DNA of 64,000 nt from Mobula hypostoma (taxonomy: Eukaryota): positions 2,234,001-2,298,000 of the forward strand of contig NC_086109.1 in NCBI RefSeq assembly GCF_963921235.1, read 5' to 3'. Every line of letters starts with the position of its first letter. The first letter of the stretch is position 1. The translations under genes and the position numbers were made by a program. Under the pieces are notes generated by a model that did not search any database, was not told where the DNA came from, and saw only the letters and a program-made list of their open reading frames with translations. This document shows, one piece after another, positions 1-13,292 of the stretch.

Positions 1-1670
1 TTCATCCAAGGTTTCTGGTTGGGGAATACCCGGATCGTCTTGCGAGACACACAGTCCTCCGTGCATTTCCAAATAAAGTCCGTGACAGCTGAGACATACT
101 CATTGAGGTTAGCTGCCGAGTCCTTGAATACTAACCAGTCCACCGATTCAAAGCAGTCACGGAGGACCTCATCCGTTTCCTCCGTCCAACACGACACTAC
201 TTTTGACACTATGACCTCCCGCTTCAGTTTCTGTTTGTAAGCCAGAAGGAGGAGTACGGCCTGATGGTCCAATTTTCCGAAGTGAGGTCATGGGACGGAA
301 CGGTAGGCATCCTTGTCTGCTGTGTAGCAGTGGTCAAGTATATTTGGGCCTCTAGTGGGGCAGGAGACATGTTGGTATAACTTTGACAGTGCCTTTCTGA
401 GGTTGGCCTGGTTAAATTCCCCGGCTGTAATGAGTAAAGCCTCCAGATACCTGGTCTCAAGTTCACTGATGTTGGCATACAGTATGTTGAAAGCACACTC
501 CACATCTGCATGGGGGGGAATGTAGACTGCTGTCAGTATGACCCAGGTGAATTCCCGTGGCAGATAGTAGGGACGACACTTCACCGACAGGTGTTCCAGG
601 TTCGGGCTGCAGGAGTTTGTCAGTGCCACCGTGTCCGAGCACCACGCAGTGTTGATCAGCAGGCAGACACCACCTTCCCTTGTCTTGCCCAAAGACGCCG
701 TGCACTCCATCCGATGGATTGAAAATCTCTCAGGTCGGATGGCACAGTCGGGGGTGGTAGGGGAGAGCCAGGTCTCAGTGAAACAGAATACACAGCAGTT
801 CTGCATCTCCCTGCAGTAGGGAGTCTCCCTTTAAGATCATCCACCTTGTTCTCTATGGTTTGCATATTAGCTAGTAGGATGGTGGGCATAGGGACCCTGA
901 AGCCCCTCAGCTTCAATCTGACCAGCAGCCCATGTTTCCTCAGTAAATAGTGCATCTTTTCAGGTTTCCATTGATGCAGTGTGTTGTTGTCAGCTCTTTG
1001 AGGTTGGTGGACGCATCCCGTGGGGATCGATCAGCCGGTCGCGTTGTCGGACGCTCTGGGTCGGGCCGAGTAACAGGGGAGGCTCCGCTGCCACTTCCAG
1101 CAGCCGGGGCCCGGGCTGTCGATTGGGTCAGACCCTGAAGCTGACACTTAATCCCGGTTGGCCGGGCTCCTGGCTGAAACAAGTCTGTAAACCGAGTCAC
1201 GGTTGCGGAGGCCTCTGCTCCAGCCGAGCCTCGGGCTCAATTTCCGAGGTCGGCGGCGGAGGCCTCACCTCCGGCAGCTGTGGATAGCCACCAACAGGGC
1301 TTTACGGTGGTCGCTCCGGGGAAGCGTCTGGGGCACCTTGAGGTCTCCGCCGTCACTTCTGTGTAGTCACCTGCTCTGGAGAGGTGCTGGTCGGAATGGG
1401 CCGTGTCTCCAAGCGTTCTGGCACGGTAGCAGGCCGCGGGTCTCCGGGAACGTGGTGGGCCTCGCTGGTCGGGTCCTGGTGCGGTCCAGAGTTTAAGAAG
1501 CAATTCTGGCGCGGTGGTCTCCAGCTGGGTCAGTAGCTTCACCGGGGTGTTGTTGACCTTGATCTTGCTAGATTGGAGGTTTAGAAGGGTATCTCGGGTA
1601 TAAGATAGTGGAGAGGGCAGTGTGCTCGGGAGAGCACGTGCAAAGTCGCCAGTTACCGGCACCATCTTAT
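1..1670 (-). mobile_element. 5' part of a Rex1/Babar-type LINE with a frameshifted AP-endonuclease domain; runs off the left edge
   Basis: Minus-strand ORFs 656..955 (PTILLANMQTIENKVDDL) and 288..806 (FCFTETWL...EGGVCLLIN...CRPYYLPREFTWVILTAVYIPP) give APE motifs typical of Rex-Babar elements. The 5' end begins AAGATGGTGCCGG near 1665. Confidence 0.8.
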
Positions 1671-3469
1671 TCCATTATCCACAAACACCTGGCTAAACTG
1701 TTGGAAATATAAGCAGACAGTTAATCTCCAAGCAAATCTTTGGGATGTGAGAGGAAATTGATGCTCCAGGGGAATCCACACGGACAGTATCTGAGAACAG
1801 GAATGAAGCTCTGGAGAATAAAGATCCTGGAATGGAATATGATACATATGTCAATTGATGCCTATGGCTGGTCTCCTCCATGTCTGCTGGAGCAAGAGGA
1901 GGTTAGCCACATCCTGCTCTCTTGGACCTCCACCACATCCTCTTTTGGGCTGTTCCTGAACAAACTTCCTCTTTTCTGCAATCTCAGCTGTCGAGGTTGA
2001 TCCAGCATTGAGATGAAAGACAATCTGTTCATAACACTGTGGCTGCAAGGTCCGTAACATGCCATTACTCCCACTGTCCCATGCTGTGTACACCAATCCC
2101 TTCACCTTCTCCACTGTCCCGAGCTGTATATACCGACATCTTCACCGTCCCCACTTTTCCAAGGGACTGACTCAGAGAGAAGAGCCGATCTCACTCAAAG
2201 TGGGGCAGGGAATTAGATATTCCAATTATAGTTCATTGTTCCTCTCCAAACAATGTAAACTTCTGAGAAATTTACTAACTGGGTGTAAAATATTCCTCAG
2301 TCAGTAGAGAATCTTTGATGGATACAAAGGTTTGGAGCCAAAATCGTGTTAGCTGCTTGGGAAACACTGGGGTCACATGGACACAAAGATCTTTCTCTGT
2401 CAGCCTCAGTTAAAATTTCCCAGGCACAACATCAGGGGGACTCTTAAATACGTACACGTTCAGAAATGATCCCCTCCCACAACATTCTAGATCACAACAG
2501 GTTAACAGTACACGACTCCCAGGGAATGGCAACCGATGTAAATTGAAAAAAATAAACAATGGGTGGGATGAAGGAGGTCCCTGGCCCAGGGAGAGTGTTT
2601 CCACTGTTCCACCATCAGCTACACCTTCCCTTCCTCAGTCCTTCCTGTTTTCTGCAGTGATGACTCTTTCTGTGACTGTCTGGTCTGCTCGTCCTTCTCC
2701 AAACATTTGTTCAGTCCAGGTGCCCCAGCACACTCCCATATAAGAGGTGTAACACCTGCCCCTACACCCCACTCCATCTGGCACATTCTGTCCAGGTGAA
2801 GCAGACATTCACTCCCACCTCACCCAGCCCATCCACCACCCTCTACTGTCCTCCCTCTCCTTAAGTTCCACTTACCACCCAGCAACCTCTGTCTCAACAT
2901 CTCACTGCTCACTCCATGCTCCACCTGCCCATCACCCCCCTCCCATCTCAGCTGGTCCACCAGCTCCTCCCTCATCTCTGCTGGCTATCTCCCCTCCCTC
3001 TACATTTGCAGCTTTTCTCCTAATTCAGTATCTGTAGTCTCTTGTGTCTCCATTGTCCTGCTCACCTCCATCTGCCTTTCCTCTCTCCTGATCTTCCTCT
3101 ACACTTCCATCGCTGCACACAACACTTGGCACAAATTCAGTTGACAATAAACCCAGCAGAGTGTCTTTGGGATGTGGAAAGAATCCAGAGTATCACAGGT
3201 TACAGGGAGTACTTGCAAAACAGTACCTGTATCAGGATCAAACACAGATCCCCAGAGGTCACTTGTGGTCTGACTGTGTGTTGACCAGAAATCTCAGGCA
3301 GCTAGCGGTGGAAACCATGGGAAATTTTCAACGTGGTTTTTATCAGGTGTAGTGCAACTCATTGTCTGAAAACTTCAGTGAAAACCATGAGCTGAGCTGC
3401 CAACTGGTCATGAATTTACCCACCCTGATAGGTTCTGGGGCAAACAGGGGTATTACCAGAGAGGAAATG

Positions 3470-4060
3470 TTTTGATGAGGTTGATGAGGTTGTATAAGGC
3501 ATTGGTGAGGCCAAATCTGGAGTATTGTGTTCAGTTTTGGTCACCAAATTACAGGAAGGATATAAATAAGGTTGAAAGAGTGCAGAGAAGGTTTACAAGG
3601 ATGTTGCCGGGACTTGAGAAACTCAGTTACAGAGAAGGGTTGAATAGGTTAGGACTTTATTCCCTGGAGCGTAGAAGAATGAGGGGAGATTTGATAGAGG
3701 TATATAAAATTATGATGGGTATAGATAGAGTAAATGCAAGCAGGCTTTTTCCACTGAGGCAAGGGGAGAAAAAACCAGAGGACATGGGTTAAGGGTGAGG
3801 GGGGAAAAGTTTAAAGGGAACATTAGGGAGGGCTTCTTCACACAGAGAGTGGTGGGAGTATGGAATGAGCTGCCAGATGAGGTGGTAAATGCGGGTTCTT
3901 TTATACATTTAAGAATAAATTGGACAGATACATGGTTGGGAGGTGTATGGAGGGATATGGTCCATGTGCAGGTCAGTGGGACTAGGCAGAAAATGGTTCG
4001 GCATAGCCAAGAAGGGCTAAAAGGCCTGTTTCTGTGCTGTAGTTTTTCTATGGTTTCTAT
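3470..4060 (+). mobile_element. CR1-type LINE 3' fragment (ORF2 C-terminus and 3' UTR)
   Basis: LYKALVRPNLEYCVQFWSP...RRRMRGDLIEVYKI and FFTQRVVGVWNELP; ends in a TTTCTATGG repeat tail. Confidence 0.9.
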
Positions 4061-4524
4061 GGAAATGGGGAGGGAGAGAAGGGAAGACACAGAGAGAGTG
4101 AGAAAGAGAGGAAAGTCCAAATGTGAGGTGGGCGTGTGTTGAAAAATAACAAAAGGGAGACAGAGAGCATATAAGGAAGGAATAGAGTGAGAAACAGAGA
4201 AGAGCAAGAGAGAGAAAGAGGCCATAAAAGAAAGAGAAGTGGAACGAGGCGCAGGAGAAAGAGAATGCGAGTGTGATGGAGGGAACACCGGAAGCAGAGG
4301 TTAGTGCAGGGAGATGAGCTGGCCGGTTTGGTGAGCACCTACGTTCTGTCCGCAATGGCCATCCCGAGATTCTCATTGCATATCATTTCAATTCCTCTTC
4401 CTATTCTGACACAGATCAGTCCATCCTTGGCCTTGTCAACTACTAAGGTGAGGCCAAATACCTTATATACCTCCCAGATAGTCTACAGCTTGATGTGATG
4501 AATTTCATTCTCCAAAAAAAACTT

Positions 4525-4815
4525 TTCTCAGGTTTCCAGCTGGGAACAGGTATCAATTTTAACCGACGTTTTGATGACAAACTCTGCCATCTTCATCAGG
4601 GATGATGCCTGGGCATGTCTAGTCCATGGTGTTTATACCTGTTGTCCATTACTACTGATTGCTTAGTCTTTATCTAATCAGGTTTCTGCTGTCCCACCTC
4701 GTTTACAATCAAATTCCAGTTCTTACTTAGAGCGAGACCTTAGTCTTTGTCAAAGTTCTTTTCCTCACATTTTATTCCAATGGCTTCCTTCACCAGGTAG
4801 TCCCAAAAACTGCTG
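4525..4815 (-). mobile_element. Penelope-like element 3' remnant
   Basis: Minus strand reads LVKEAIGIKCEEKNFDKD*GLALSKNW, resembling the end of a PLE GIY-YIG ORF, followed by a degenerate hammerhead-like CTGATGAAG...AAAACGTCGG. Confidence 0.6.
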
Positions 4816-5026
4816 TGCCACACCTGTGCCCATTTTTGGGTGCCTTCTGTGTTCATTGCTCGGTGTTCACATAGAACAGTACAGCACAGTGCAGGCCCCT
4901 TAGCCCACAAAATTCAGCCGACCTTTTAACCCACTGTGTGATCAACTTAACATTTCCCTCCTGCATATCCCTCCATTTTCTGTCATTCATGTGTCTCTGC
5001 AACAGTTCTTCAAATGTCCCCAATGC

Positions 5027-5223
5027 GAGGCCAGTTCATTGGCTATATTTAAGAGGGAGTTAGATATGGCCCTTGTGTCTACGGGGATCAGAGGGTATGG
5101 AGGTAAGGCTGGTGCAGGGTTCTGAGTTGGATGATCAGCCATGATCATAATAAATGGCGGTGCAGGCTCGAAGGGCCGAATGGCCTACTCCTGCACCTAT
5201 TTTCTATGTTTCTATGTTTCTAT
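5027..5223 (+). mobile_element. Young CR1 3' end inserted antisense at the end of GPCR gene 1
   Basis: Near-identical to the 3' ends at 9810-10003 and 50876-51064; the (TTTCTATG)n tail abuts the TM7 tyrosine codon of gene 1. Confidence 0.9.
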
Positions 5224-6036
5224 AAATACCCGTATTTGTGCAAGTGCTAAGAAGCTGCAGCATTTGAGATGCGTGTTTTGTGATGTAGAGGGGATCGGTG
5301 ACAGAATAATTCGCAATCCTGGCAATTCGTTTATACAAATAAAATACCACCAGTGTTACCCACAGTAAGATGAAACTGCCGGTTATACTGAAGAGCAGAA
5401 CGATGGACTTCCTTCGGTTCTCCATCTCTGGATCTTTGTCATTCTCTCCAGTGCTGCGGCCCCGGAGCCCCTTGCGGATTCTACTGGCCACTATTATTTG
5501 TCTGACCGTCAGAACATTGAACAGCAGGATCAGAAGGAACGGAACACATGGAGTTAAAATGCGATGGAACATCTCAAATGCCGCCCATGCGAAGGTAGTA
5601 TAGAAACTCGGTTTAGTTACGCAAACCCAGGGAATATTATTAATAATTTCCCCAGGCTCGTATGGGAAATACCAGGGAACGGAGACGAAGCGTCCCAGCA
5701 CGCCCACTGTCACCGTAACCGCAGCAGCCATGTTCTCAGCGCAGCATTTTCTCTTCAGCCTCTCGGAACAAATGGCTACAAATCGATCAAAGGTGAATGC
5801 GACCGTCAGCCAGACAGAGACTGTAGTGCTCGCGAAAATCAGCCACACGATGAAGCTGCACACTGGTGTAATGTGGAGGACTGAACGAGGAAAATAAATA
5901 AGACCAGTCCAGCTCAGCAATGGGTCCGAGATCACGACCAGGAGATCGGCCACCGCCATTCCCACCAGGTACCGGGTGATACACTTGGAAAGACCGCACC
6001 TTCCTCGGCAGAGGATCACAATCGCCACCAAGTTAA
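5204..6036 (-). CDS. GPR139/GPR142-like GPCR gene 1, exon 2 (TM1-TM7; C-tail replaced by CR1-derived RNIET*)
   Basis: Acceptor CTTTTCTCCTATAG|TT AAC at 6036. Motifs MAVADLLVV, SVWLTVAFTFDRF, PWVCV, DPEMENRRKS, FILLW, CTNTGIY. Spliced product is 300 aa. Confidence 0.88.
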
Positions 6037-6544
6037 CTATAGGAGAAAAGAAAAGGAAGCCGATAAATTACTGATCAGACCTCGACCCAATAAGCCGGCC
6101 TTTTGGGATCTGATACTCTTTTCATTTTGTTCATATACCAAGGCCACGGTGTCGATGTGGAGAATATAGAGAGTTACGAACCAAATAAAGTGGTCCATAT
6201 TTGTACTTCTGACCGTAAGTGTGAGGTGATAGGCGACCGCCAACTTGGTGGCTGTCTCCTAAACGGCAATAAGGGAACGATCAGCATTACCAGGGTCGAT
6301 CTCCTTTCGTGCTGGATGAAATGATTAAAGCAGGATATCAGATGCGGCAGTGTTCCATAACCAAAAACCAACATCCCCGCCGTTCCCTGTCAGCGACGGA
6401 GCAACAGAAGGGTGTCTCATTCATTCTGCATCGCCGACAGACATTTCAGCTCACCGGCACAAGAGCCAGCAGCTAACACAGTGGTCAGAAATCTGGATCT
6501 GCTTCAGGATAATCACAATAGGCACAGGGGATTCTACAAAGCCC

Positions 6545-6960
6545 GGAAATTCAGAGCAAAACACAGCGTTGGAAGAACTCAGAGGGCAGGCAGCATCGAT
6601 GGAGGGGCATAAACAGTCGTACTTTCGGGCCGAGATCCTTTATCAGAACTGGAAAGTAAGCTGGAAAGATGCCAGAATAACAAGGTGGTAGATGGTATGT
6701 GAAGCTGGGAGAGGGGAAAGTGCGTGGGTGGAGGGGGTGAAGTGAGAAGCTGGGAGGTTATCGATAGACTAGTTAAACGAATCTGATAGGAGAGGGGTGT
6801 AGACCGTCAGAGAAGAGGAAAGATGAGGGGCACTGTAGGGAGTGATGGACAGGTGAGGAGAAGGGAAGGGATAATAGAGGACCCAGAATGAGGAATTGAA
6901 AAAAAGAATAGAGGTATGTTTCACAACAGTAGCGATTTTTAAATATGATATAATATATAT
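6545..6960 (-). mobile_element. Degenerate Penelope 3' region in the intron of gene 1
   Basis: Reverse complement resembles 35100-35450: a pyrimidine-rich tract and a decayed CTGATAAAGG...CCCGAAA hammerhead-like motif. Confidence 0.6.
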
Positions 6961-7339
6961 TTAAATTTGCCATACGAAAGGAGGCGGAAGAGTTTTTCTC
7001 TCTCTCCCCCAGCAGCCTTTTCGTTTTGTAGCTCTTTCCAAAATTCGAGACCCCACAATCACCACTTCGCCGCTGCTATGAGTGATCAATTATAAATTCT
7101 TGCCTTTCTTCCGGGTATTCCCTTACAGTACGTTGATTAACAAAGATTCATGATCAATGTAGGAGTTGTATAAACCAAGTCATTGCGAATGTATCGCGGT
7201 CACAGTGAAACCAAAGGAACCGAAACCCGGAACTTTCTATTATTGAAATAGGACGCTGTTAAGGGTTTAGCTAGAAACAGGCAACAAGAGGGACAATCAA
7301 TCAATTTCAATGAACTAATAATGTCCCCCGGCGGCTTAC

Positions 7340-7409
7340 CGGGAATTCCAACCGCTGAAATAACAGGATAGTAAACGTCTTCTATCCGCCAGATCACCGG
7401 ATATCCCAT
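7340..7409 (-). CDS. GPCR gene 1, exon 1 (MGYPVIWRIEDVYYPVISAVGIP, phase-1 intron)
   Basis: ATG at 7409, 70 nt, donor G|GTAAG at 7339; joins in frame to exon 2 (G+TT = Val); homologous to the other three first exons. Confidence 0.88.
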
Positions 7410-7769
7410 TTCAGTGTGAGCATGTAACTCCTATTTATGCGGATCCACAGCTCCAGCAGACGGTCTGAGCTGATGAACTCCACCAGGTTCTCACTTATAG
7501 AGAGGATCAGTCTCCCGTGACACAGTTAAACCCGATCCTCGCTCTTTCAGTCACTTGAAAACACACATTAAATGAACACCACTGTCTCTGGTGTAGGTAT
7601 CATTGGGGATTTAACACAATTATATCAGACTCGGTACAATTAGCGTGACTCTCTGGGCATAGGATCGAAAATTGCAATTGCGCGATATGTACAGTATACA
7701 GTAACTGAACAAGGAGCACTTCCAGTCATTGTATTCAGCAGGGTTAGGAGTAGGAGACGTTTTGCAAAT

Positions 7770-7785
7770 GTGAGGGGGGGGGAGG

Positions 7786-7826
<41 letters not shown>

Positions 7827-7985
7827 GGAGGGAGAGAGAGGGATGGAGGGAGGGGGATGCAGAGAGAGTGGGGAGGGAGAGAGGGGGAGGGAGAGCGGGG
7901 AAGGGGAGGGGGAGGGGGGAGAGGGGGAGAGGGGAGGGAGGGGGAGAGGGAGAGAGAGAGAGTGAGAAAGGGAGGGAGAGATAAC
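7770..7985. repeat. GA/G-rich low-complexity microsatellite
   Basis: (GA)n and GGGA runs. Confidence 0.95.
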
Positions 7986-8600
7986 TTAATGGCACCCTGA
8001 TTGTCATGGTAGTAGAAGGCAGGTTGGTAATGGATCCCAAGAGAGTGTTGAATGCATACGAGATGACTTTTAAGAGCAGTTTGTCGTTGAGCCTTTTGGG
8101 AGATCAGCTATACTGGATTGGATTTTCTGTAATGACCCTGATGCAATTAGGGAGCTTAAAGTAAAGGAACCCTGAAGAGGCAGAGATCAGAATATAATTT
8201 TTCAAGCTGACATTTGATAGGGAGAAAGGAAAGTCTGATGTAGCAGCATTTTAGTGGAGTAAAAGAAATTACAGGGGTATGAGAGAGGAGTTGGCCAAAG
8301 TAAATTGGAAAGAAATATGACAGGGATGACAACAGAGCAGCAATGGCTTGAGTTTCTGGGAAAAAATGAGGAAGGTGCTGGACAGATGTACTCAGGACAC
8401 AAAGAAATATTCAAATGGCAAAATAGTACAACCGTGGCTAACAAGGGCAGTCAAAGCTAAAGTCAAAGTAAAAGAGAAAGAATACAACAAAGTAAAAAAT
8501 AGTGGGAATATAGAGGACTGGGAAGTATTAAAACCTATAGGAAGCAGCTAAAAGAATCATGAAGAAGGAAACAGTGAAATATAAAAGCAAGCTAGCAAAC

Positions 8601-11169
8601 AACAGTGGCTGACAAAGGAAGTCAGAGATAGCATAGCATTAAAAAAGTATAACAGAGCTAAGGTGAGTGGGAAGACGGATGATTGGGAAATTTTTAAGGA
8701 GCAACAGAAGTTAACTAAAAAGGCAATACGGGGAGAAAAAATGAGGTATGAACGCAAGCTGTTAGGAATATAAAGGAGGATAGCAAAAGTTTTTTTAGAT
8801 ATGTGAAAAGAAGGAAGATAGTTAAGAACAATGTTGGGCCCTTGAAGAATGAATTGGAAGAAATTGTTATAGGAAACAGAGAAATGGCAGACGAATTTAA
8901 TAAGTACTTTGGATCTGTCTTCACTAGGGAAGACACAAGCAATCTTCCAGATGTATGGATGGGCCAAGGATATAGGGTAACAGAGGAACTGAAACAGATT
9001 GACATTAGGAAGGAAACGGTGATGAGTAGACTGATGGGACTGAAGGCTAACAAATCCCCAGGTCCAAATGGTCTGCATCCTAGGGTACTAAAGGAGGTGG
9101 CTCTGGAAATTGCGGATGCGTTGCTGATAATTTTCCAATGTTCCTTAGATTCAGGATCAGTTCCTGAGGATTGGCGAATGGCTAATGTTATCCCACTTTT
9201 TAAGAAAGGAGGGAGGGAGAAAACAGAGAGCTATCGCCCTGTTAGCCTAACATCAGTAGTGGGGAAGATGCTAGAGTCCATTATTAAAGATGAAATAGCG
9301 GCATATCTTGATAGCAATGATAGGATTGGGCTGAGCCAGCATGGATTTACCAAGGGCAAATCATGCTTGACTAAACTATTGGAGTTTTTCGAGGATGTAA
9401 CCAGGAAGATAGACGCGGGAGATCCAGTGGATGTGGTGTACCTTGACTTTCAGAAGGCATTCGATAAGGTACTGAGGAAAGACATCCTTGCCATAGAGGG
9501 AGTACAAAGAAGGTTCACCAGACTGATTCCTGGGATGGCAGGACCTTCATATGAAGAAAGTCTGGATGAACTGGGCTTGTACTCGTTGGAATTTAGAAGA
9601 TTGAGGGGGGATCTGATTGAAACGTATAAAATCCTAAAGGGATTGGACAGGCTAGATGCAGGAAGATTGTTCCCGATGTTGGGGAAGTCCAGAACGAGGG
9701 GCCACAGTTTGAGGATAGAGGGGAAGCCTTTTAGGACCGAGATTAGGAAAAACTTCTTCACACAGAGAGTGGTGAATCTGTGGAATTCTCTGCCACAGGA
9801 AACAGTTGAGGCCAGTTCATTGGCTATATTTAAGAGGGAGTTAGATATGACCCTGTGGCTACGGGGGTCAGGGGGTATGGAGGGAAGGCTGGGGTGGGGT
9901 TTTGAGTTGGATGATCAGCCATGATCATAATAAATGGCGGTGCAGGCTCGAAGGGCTGAATGGCCTACTCCTGCACCTATTTTCTATGTTTCTATGTTTC
10001 TATGTACCACATAGGAGATTGGTGGGGAAAATCAGAGCTCATGGCATTGGGTAAAGGATATTGACACGGATAGAAAACTAGTTGGCAGATAGAAAGCAAA
10101 GGGTAGCAGTGAATGGGTGTTTCTCAGAATGGCAGGTGGTGACTAGTGGGGTACCACAGGGCTCGGTATTGAGACCACAGCTGTTTACGATTTACGTCAA
10201 TGTTTTAGAGGAAGGCATTGTGAATAACATCAGCAAGTTTGCTGATGATACTGAGCTGGGTGGCAGTGTGACATGTGATGAGGATGTTAGGAGAATTCAA
10301 GGTGACTTGCATAGGCTGGGTGAGTGGGCAGAAACTTGGCAGATGGCGTTTAATGTGAATAAGTGTGAGGTTATTCACTTTGGGAGCAAGAACAGGAAGG
10401 CAGATTGTTATCTGAACGGTGTGGAGTTAGGTAAGGGAGAAATACATAGAGCTGTAGGAGTACTTGTTCATCAGTCTCTGAAGGTGAATGAGCAAGTGCA
10501 GCAGGCAGTGAAGAAGGCTAATGGAATGTTGGCCTTTATTACAAAGGGAATCGAGTACAAGAGCAAGGAAACCCATTTGCATTTGTACAGGGCCCTGGTG
10601 AGACCACACCTGGAGTATTGTGTGCAGTTTTGGTCTCCAGGGTTAAGGAAGTACATCCTGGCTGTGGAGGAGGTGCAGCGTAGGTTCACCAGGTTAATTC
10701 CTGGGATACCCGGACTGTCTTATGCAGAGAGGTTAGAGAGACTGGGCTTGTACACGCTGGAATTAAGGAGATTGAGGGGGGATCTGATTGAGACATATAA
10801 GATTATTAAGGGATTGGACAAGATAGAGGCAGGAAATATACTCCAGATGCTGGGAGAGTCCAGTACCAGAGGGCATGGTTTAAGAATAAGGGGTCGGTCA
10901 TTTAGGACAGAGCTGAGGAGGAACTTCTTCTCCCAGAGAGTTGTGGAGGTGTGGAATGCGCTGCCTCAGAAGGCAGTGGAGGAAAATTCTCTGGATGCTT
11001 TCAAGAAGGAGCTAGATAGGTATCTTATGGATCGGGGAATCAAGGGTTATGGGGACAAGGCAGGAACCGGGTATTGATAGTAGACGATCAGCCATGATCT
11101 CAGAATGGCGGTGCAGGCTCGAAGGGCCGAATGGTCTACCTCTGCACCTATTGTCTATTGTCTATTGTC
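8601..11169 (+). mobile_element. 5'-truncated CR1 LINE (RT domain), itself interrupted at 9473-10003
   Basis: KSPGPNG, YRPVSLTS, QHGF, YLDFQKAFDKV, GVPQGSVL and FADD RT motifs; (CTATTGT)n tail at 11148-11169. Confidence 0.92.
9473..10003 (+). mobile_element. Young CR1 3' fragment nested in the RT of another CR1
   Basis: Host reads GATAAGGTAC|...|GTACCACATAGG, with GTAC at both junctions; (TTTCTATG)n tail. Confidence 0.9.
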
Positions 11170-12114
11170 ATTAACATGATCAAGATGAATAGAAAAACAT
11201 TTTCAAGTGTATAAAAATTAAAAGAGATGAGAGTGGATATACGGCCGCTGGAAAATGAGGCTGGAGAAATAACAACGGGGGCCAAGGAGATGGCACATGA
11301 AATAAATAAGTTTTTTTTTGCATCGATCTTCCCCGTGGAAGACACAGGTGTTGAAGTGTGTGAATTATTGAGGTTATTGAGTACTTGGTGACACACGACA
11401 AGATAGGACAATTAGCATGGTTTCCTGAAGGAAAAAGCTTACCTGACGAACCTGCTGAAATTCTTTGAGTTGATTAAAAGTGGATAGATAAAGGGGATGC
11501 AGTCGATGTTGTATATTTGAATTTTCAGATAGCCTTTGACAAGGTATCGCACGTGAAGCTGCTTACTAAGTTAACAACCCATGGTATTAAAGAAATATTA
11601 CTAGCATGGCTAGAGCATTGGCTGATTGGTCGGAAGCAATGAGTAGGAATAAAAGCATCCTTTTCTGATTGGCTGCCAGTGACTAACGCTGTTCCGCAGG
11701 TGTCTGTGTTGATACCGCTTCTTTTTATGCTGTATATTAATGATTTAGATGATGGAATAGGTGGCGTTGTTGCCAAATTTGCAGATGAATCCAAAGGTTG
11801 TTGGACGGCCAGGTGGTATTGAGGAAACAGGAAGGCTGCAGAAGGACTTAGATAGATTAGGAGGACGAGCAAAAAATGGCAAATGAAATAAAATGTTGGA
11901 AAATGCATGGTCATGCACTTTGGTAGAAGAAATATTTGTGCAAACTGTTTTCTAAGTAGGGAGAAAATGCAAAAATTTGAGATGCAAAGGGACTTGGGAA
12001 TCCTTGTGTAGAGCACCCTACGGGTTAAGTTGCAAGATGTGACAGAGGGGAGGCAGGCACATGCAATGTTAGCATTAAGCTCAAGAGGTCTAGAATACAA
12101 GAGCAGGGATCTGA

Positions 12115-12382
12115 TTCAGGATTCTGCGATTCAGTAACAGCTTTTTCCCCTCTGCCATCAGATTCCTAAATGGACATTGAACCCTTGGACACTACCTCAC
12201 TTTGTAAATATATATTATCTCTGTATTTTGCACGATTTTTAATCCATTCAAAATATGTATACTGTAATTTATTTATTTATTTATTTATCTTTTTTTCCTT
12301 TATATTATGTATTGTATTGAACTGCTGCTGCTAAGTTAACAAATTTCACAACATATGCCGGTGATAACAAACCTGATTCTGA
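12115..12382 (+). mobile_element. Rex-Babar-type LINE 3' end
   Basis: CAGTAACAGCTTTTTCCCCTCTGCCATCAGA ORF end and GATTCTGAT tail; a related minus-strand copy lies at about 15880-16250. Confidence 0.6.
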
Positions 12383-12578
12383 TGCTGAGCCTTTATAAGG
12401 CGCTGGTAAGGCCACACCATTAGTATAGGGAACAGTTTTGGGCTCCCTATCTCTGACAAGATGTGCTGGCATTGGAGAAGGTTCAAAAGAGCCTGAAAAG
12501 GATAATTCCGGGAATGATTGGATTATCAAATGAGGAACGTTTGATGGCTCTGGGCCTGTACTCGCTGGAATTTAGACG

Positions 12579-13292
12579 TGTAAGGGGTTTCTTCTTTTAT
12601 GTTACTACGAAGGCTAACAAAATGGCTTCTTTGTTATGTTATAATTAAAATAGTTTTTCTGTAATAATAACTGCTGAGAAAGTTCTCTCTCTAGCGGCTT
12701 GTTTGAGTTATAAAGAGAATTGTATTCGTTTGCTAACCAATTGGGATAGATGTTATTCTTTCTTGTGTGTCTGTAAGCTATTGTAGGCGGGCTTTGAGGG
12801 AGAAGGCGCGATGGGAGCAGAGAGAGGAGACGCGATGCTGTGACCCTGGGCGGCGGGACCGACCCTGAGTGGGAGTCCGAGGCCCAGGGTCTTCGGCGAG
12901 GAGAGGAGAGGAAGACAGATTCGAGTGGAGCGTTTGGTCGACCACCGTGGTTGGTCCCAGGCGGCGGTTCGAGGGTGTCCGAGGGCATCGCATGGTGGAA
13001 AGAGGACTCCGTTAATTGAGCTCCAACTGGTTGTGCACGAAGTGGTTGAACTTAGATAAGTTTGGCGCCTTTTTTTTTCCTTTCATATTTTATCTCTATT
13101 AATTACATAGTTCCAGTAAGATTTATAAAGTGTAATCATTTAATTGCATATGGCGTTTTGTCTGTTATTTGGCGGGGTGGGGTACATCACACAGCATCCA
13201 CACGAACTTGATTACCCAGTTTGGCGGGGCCGAAGGCTGCTCCCCCTAGACGAAAGTGAGCTGAGCCAGGCTGAGGCTTATCAGGGGCTACA
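12579..13292. mobile_element. Solo LTR (family B) with 4-bp TSD GACG
   Basis: TGTA...TACA termini; GACG at 12575-12578 and 13293-13296; the interrupted CR1 resumes on the other side. Confidence 0.85.

Noticed and set aside
1740..2310. Short ORFs in unique-looking sequence as a possible exon or the missing tail of gene 1
   Set aside because: No helix-8 motif or recognisable domain in any listed frame.
8803..9924. 373-aa ORF as a functional reverse transcriptase
   Set aside because: Chimera of two nested CR1 copies; lacks the PQGS and FADD catalytic motifs.
13060..13072. TGGCGCC as a tRNA-Lys primer binding site
   Set aside because: It lies inside the TSD-bounded element and the match does not extend beyond 7 nt.
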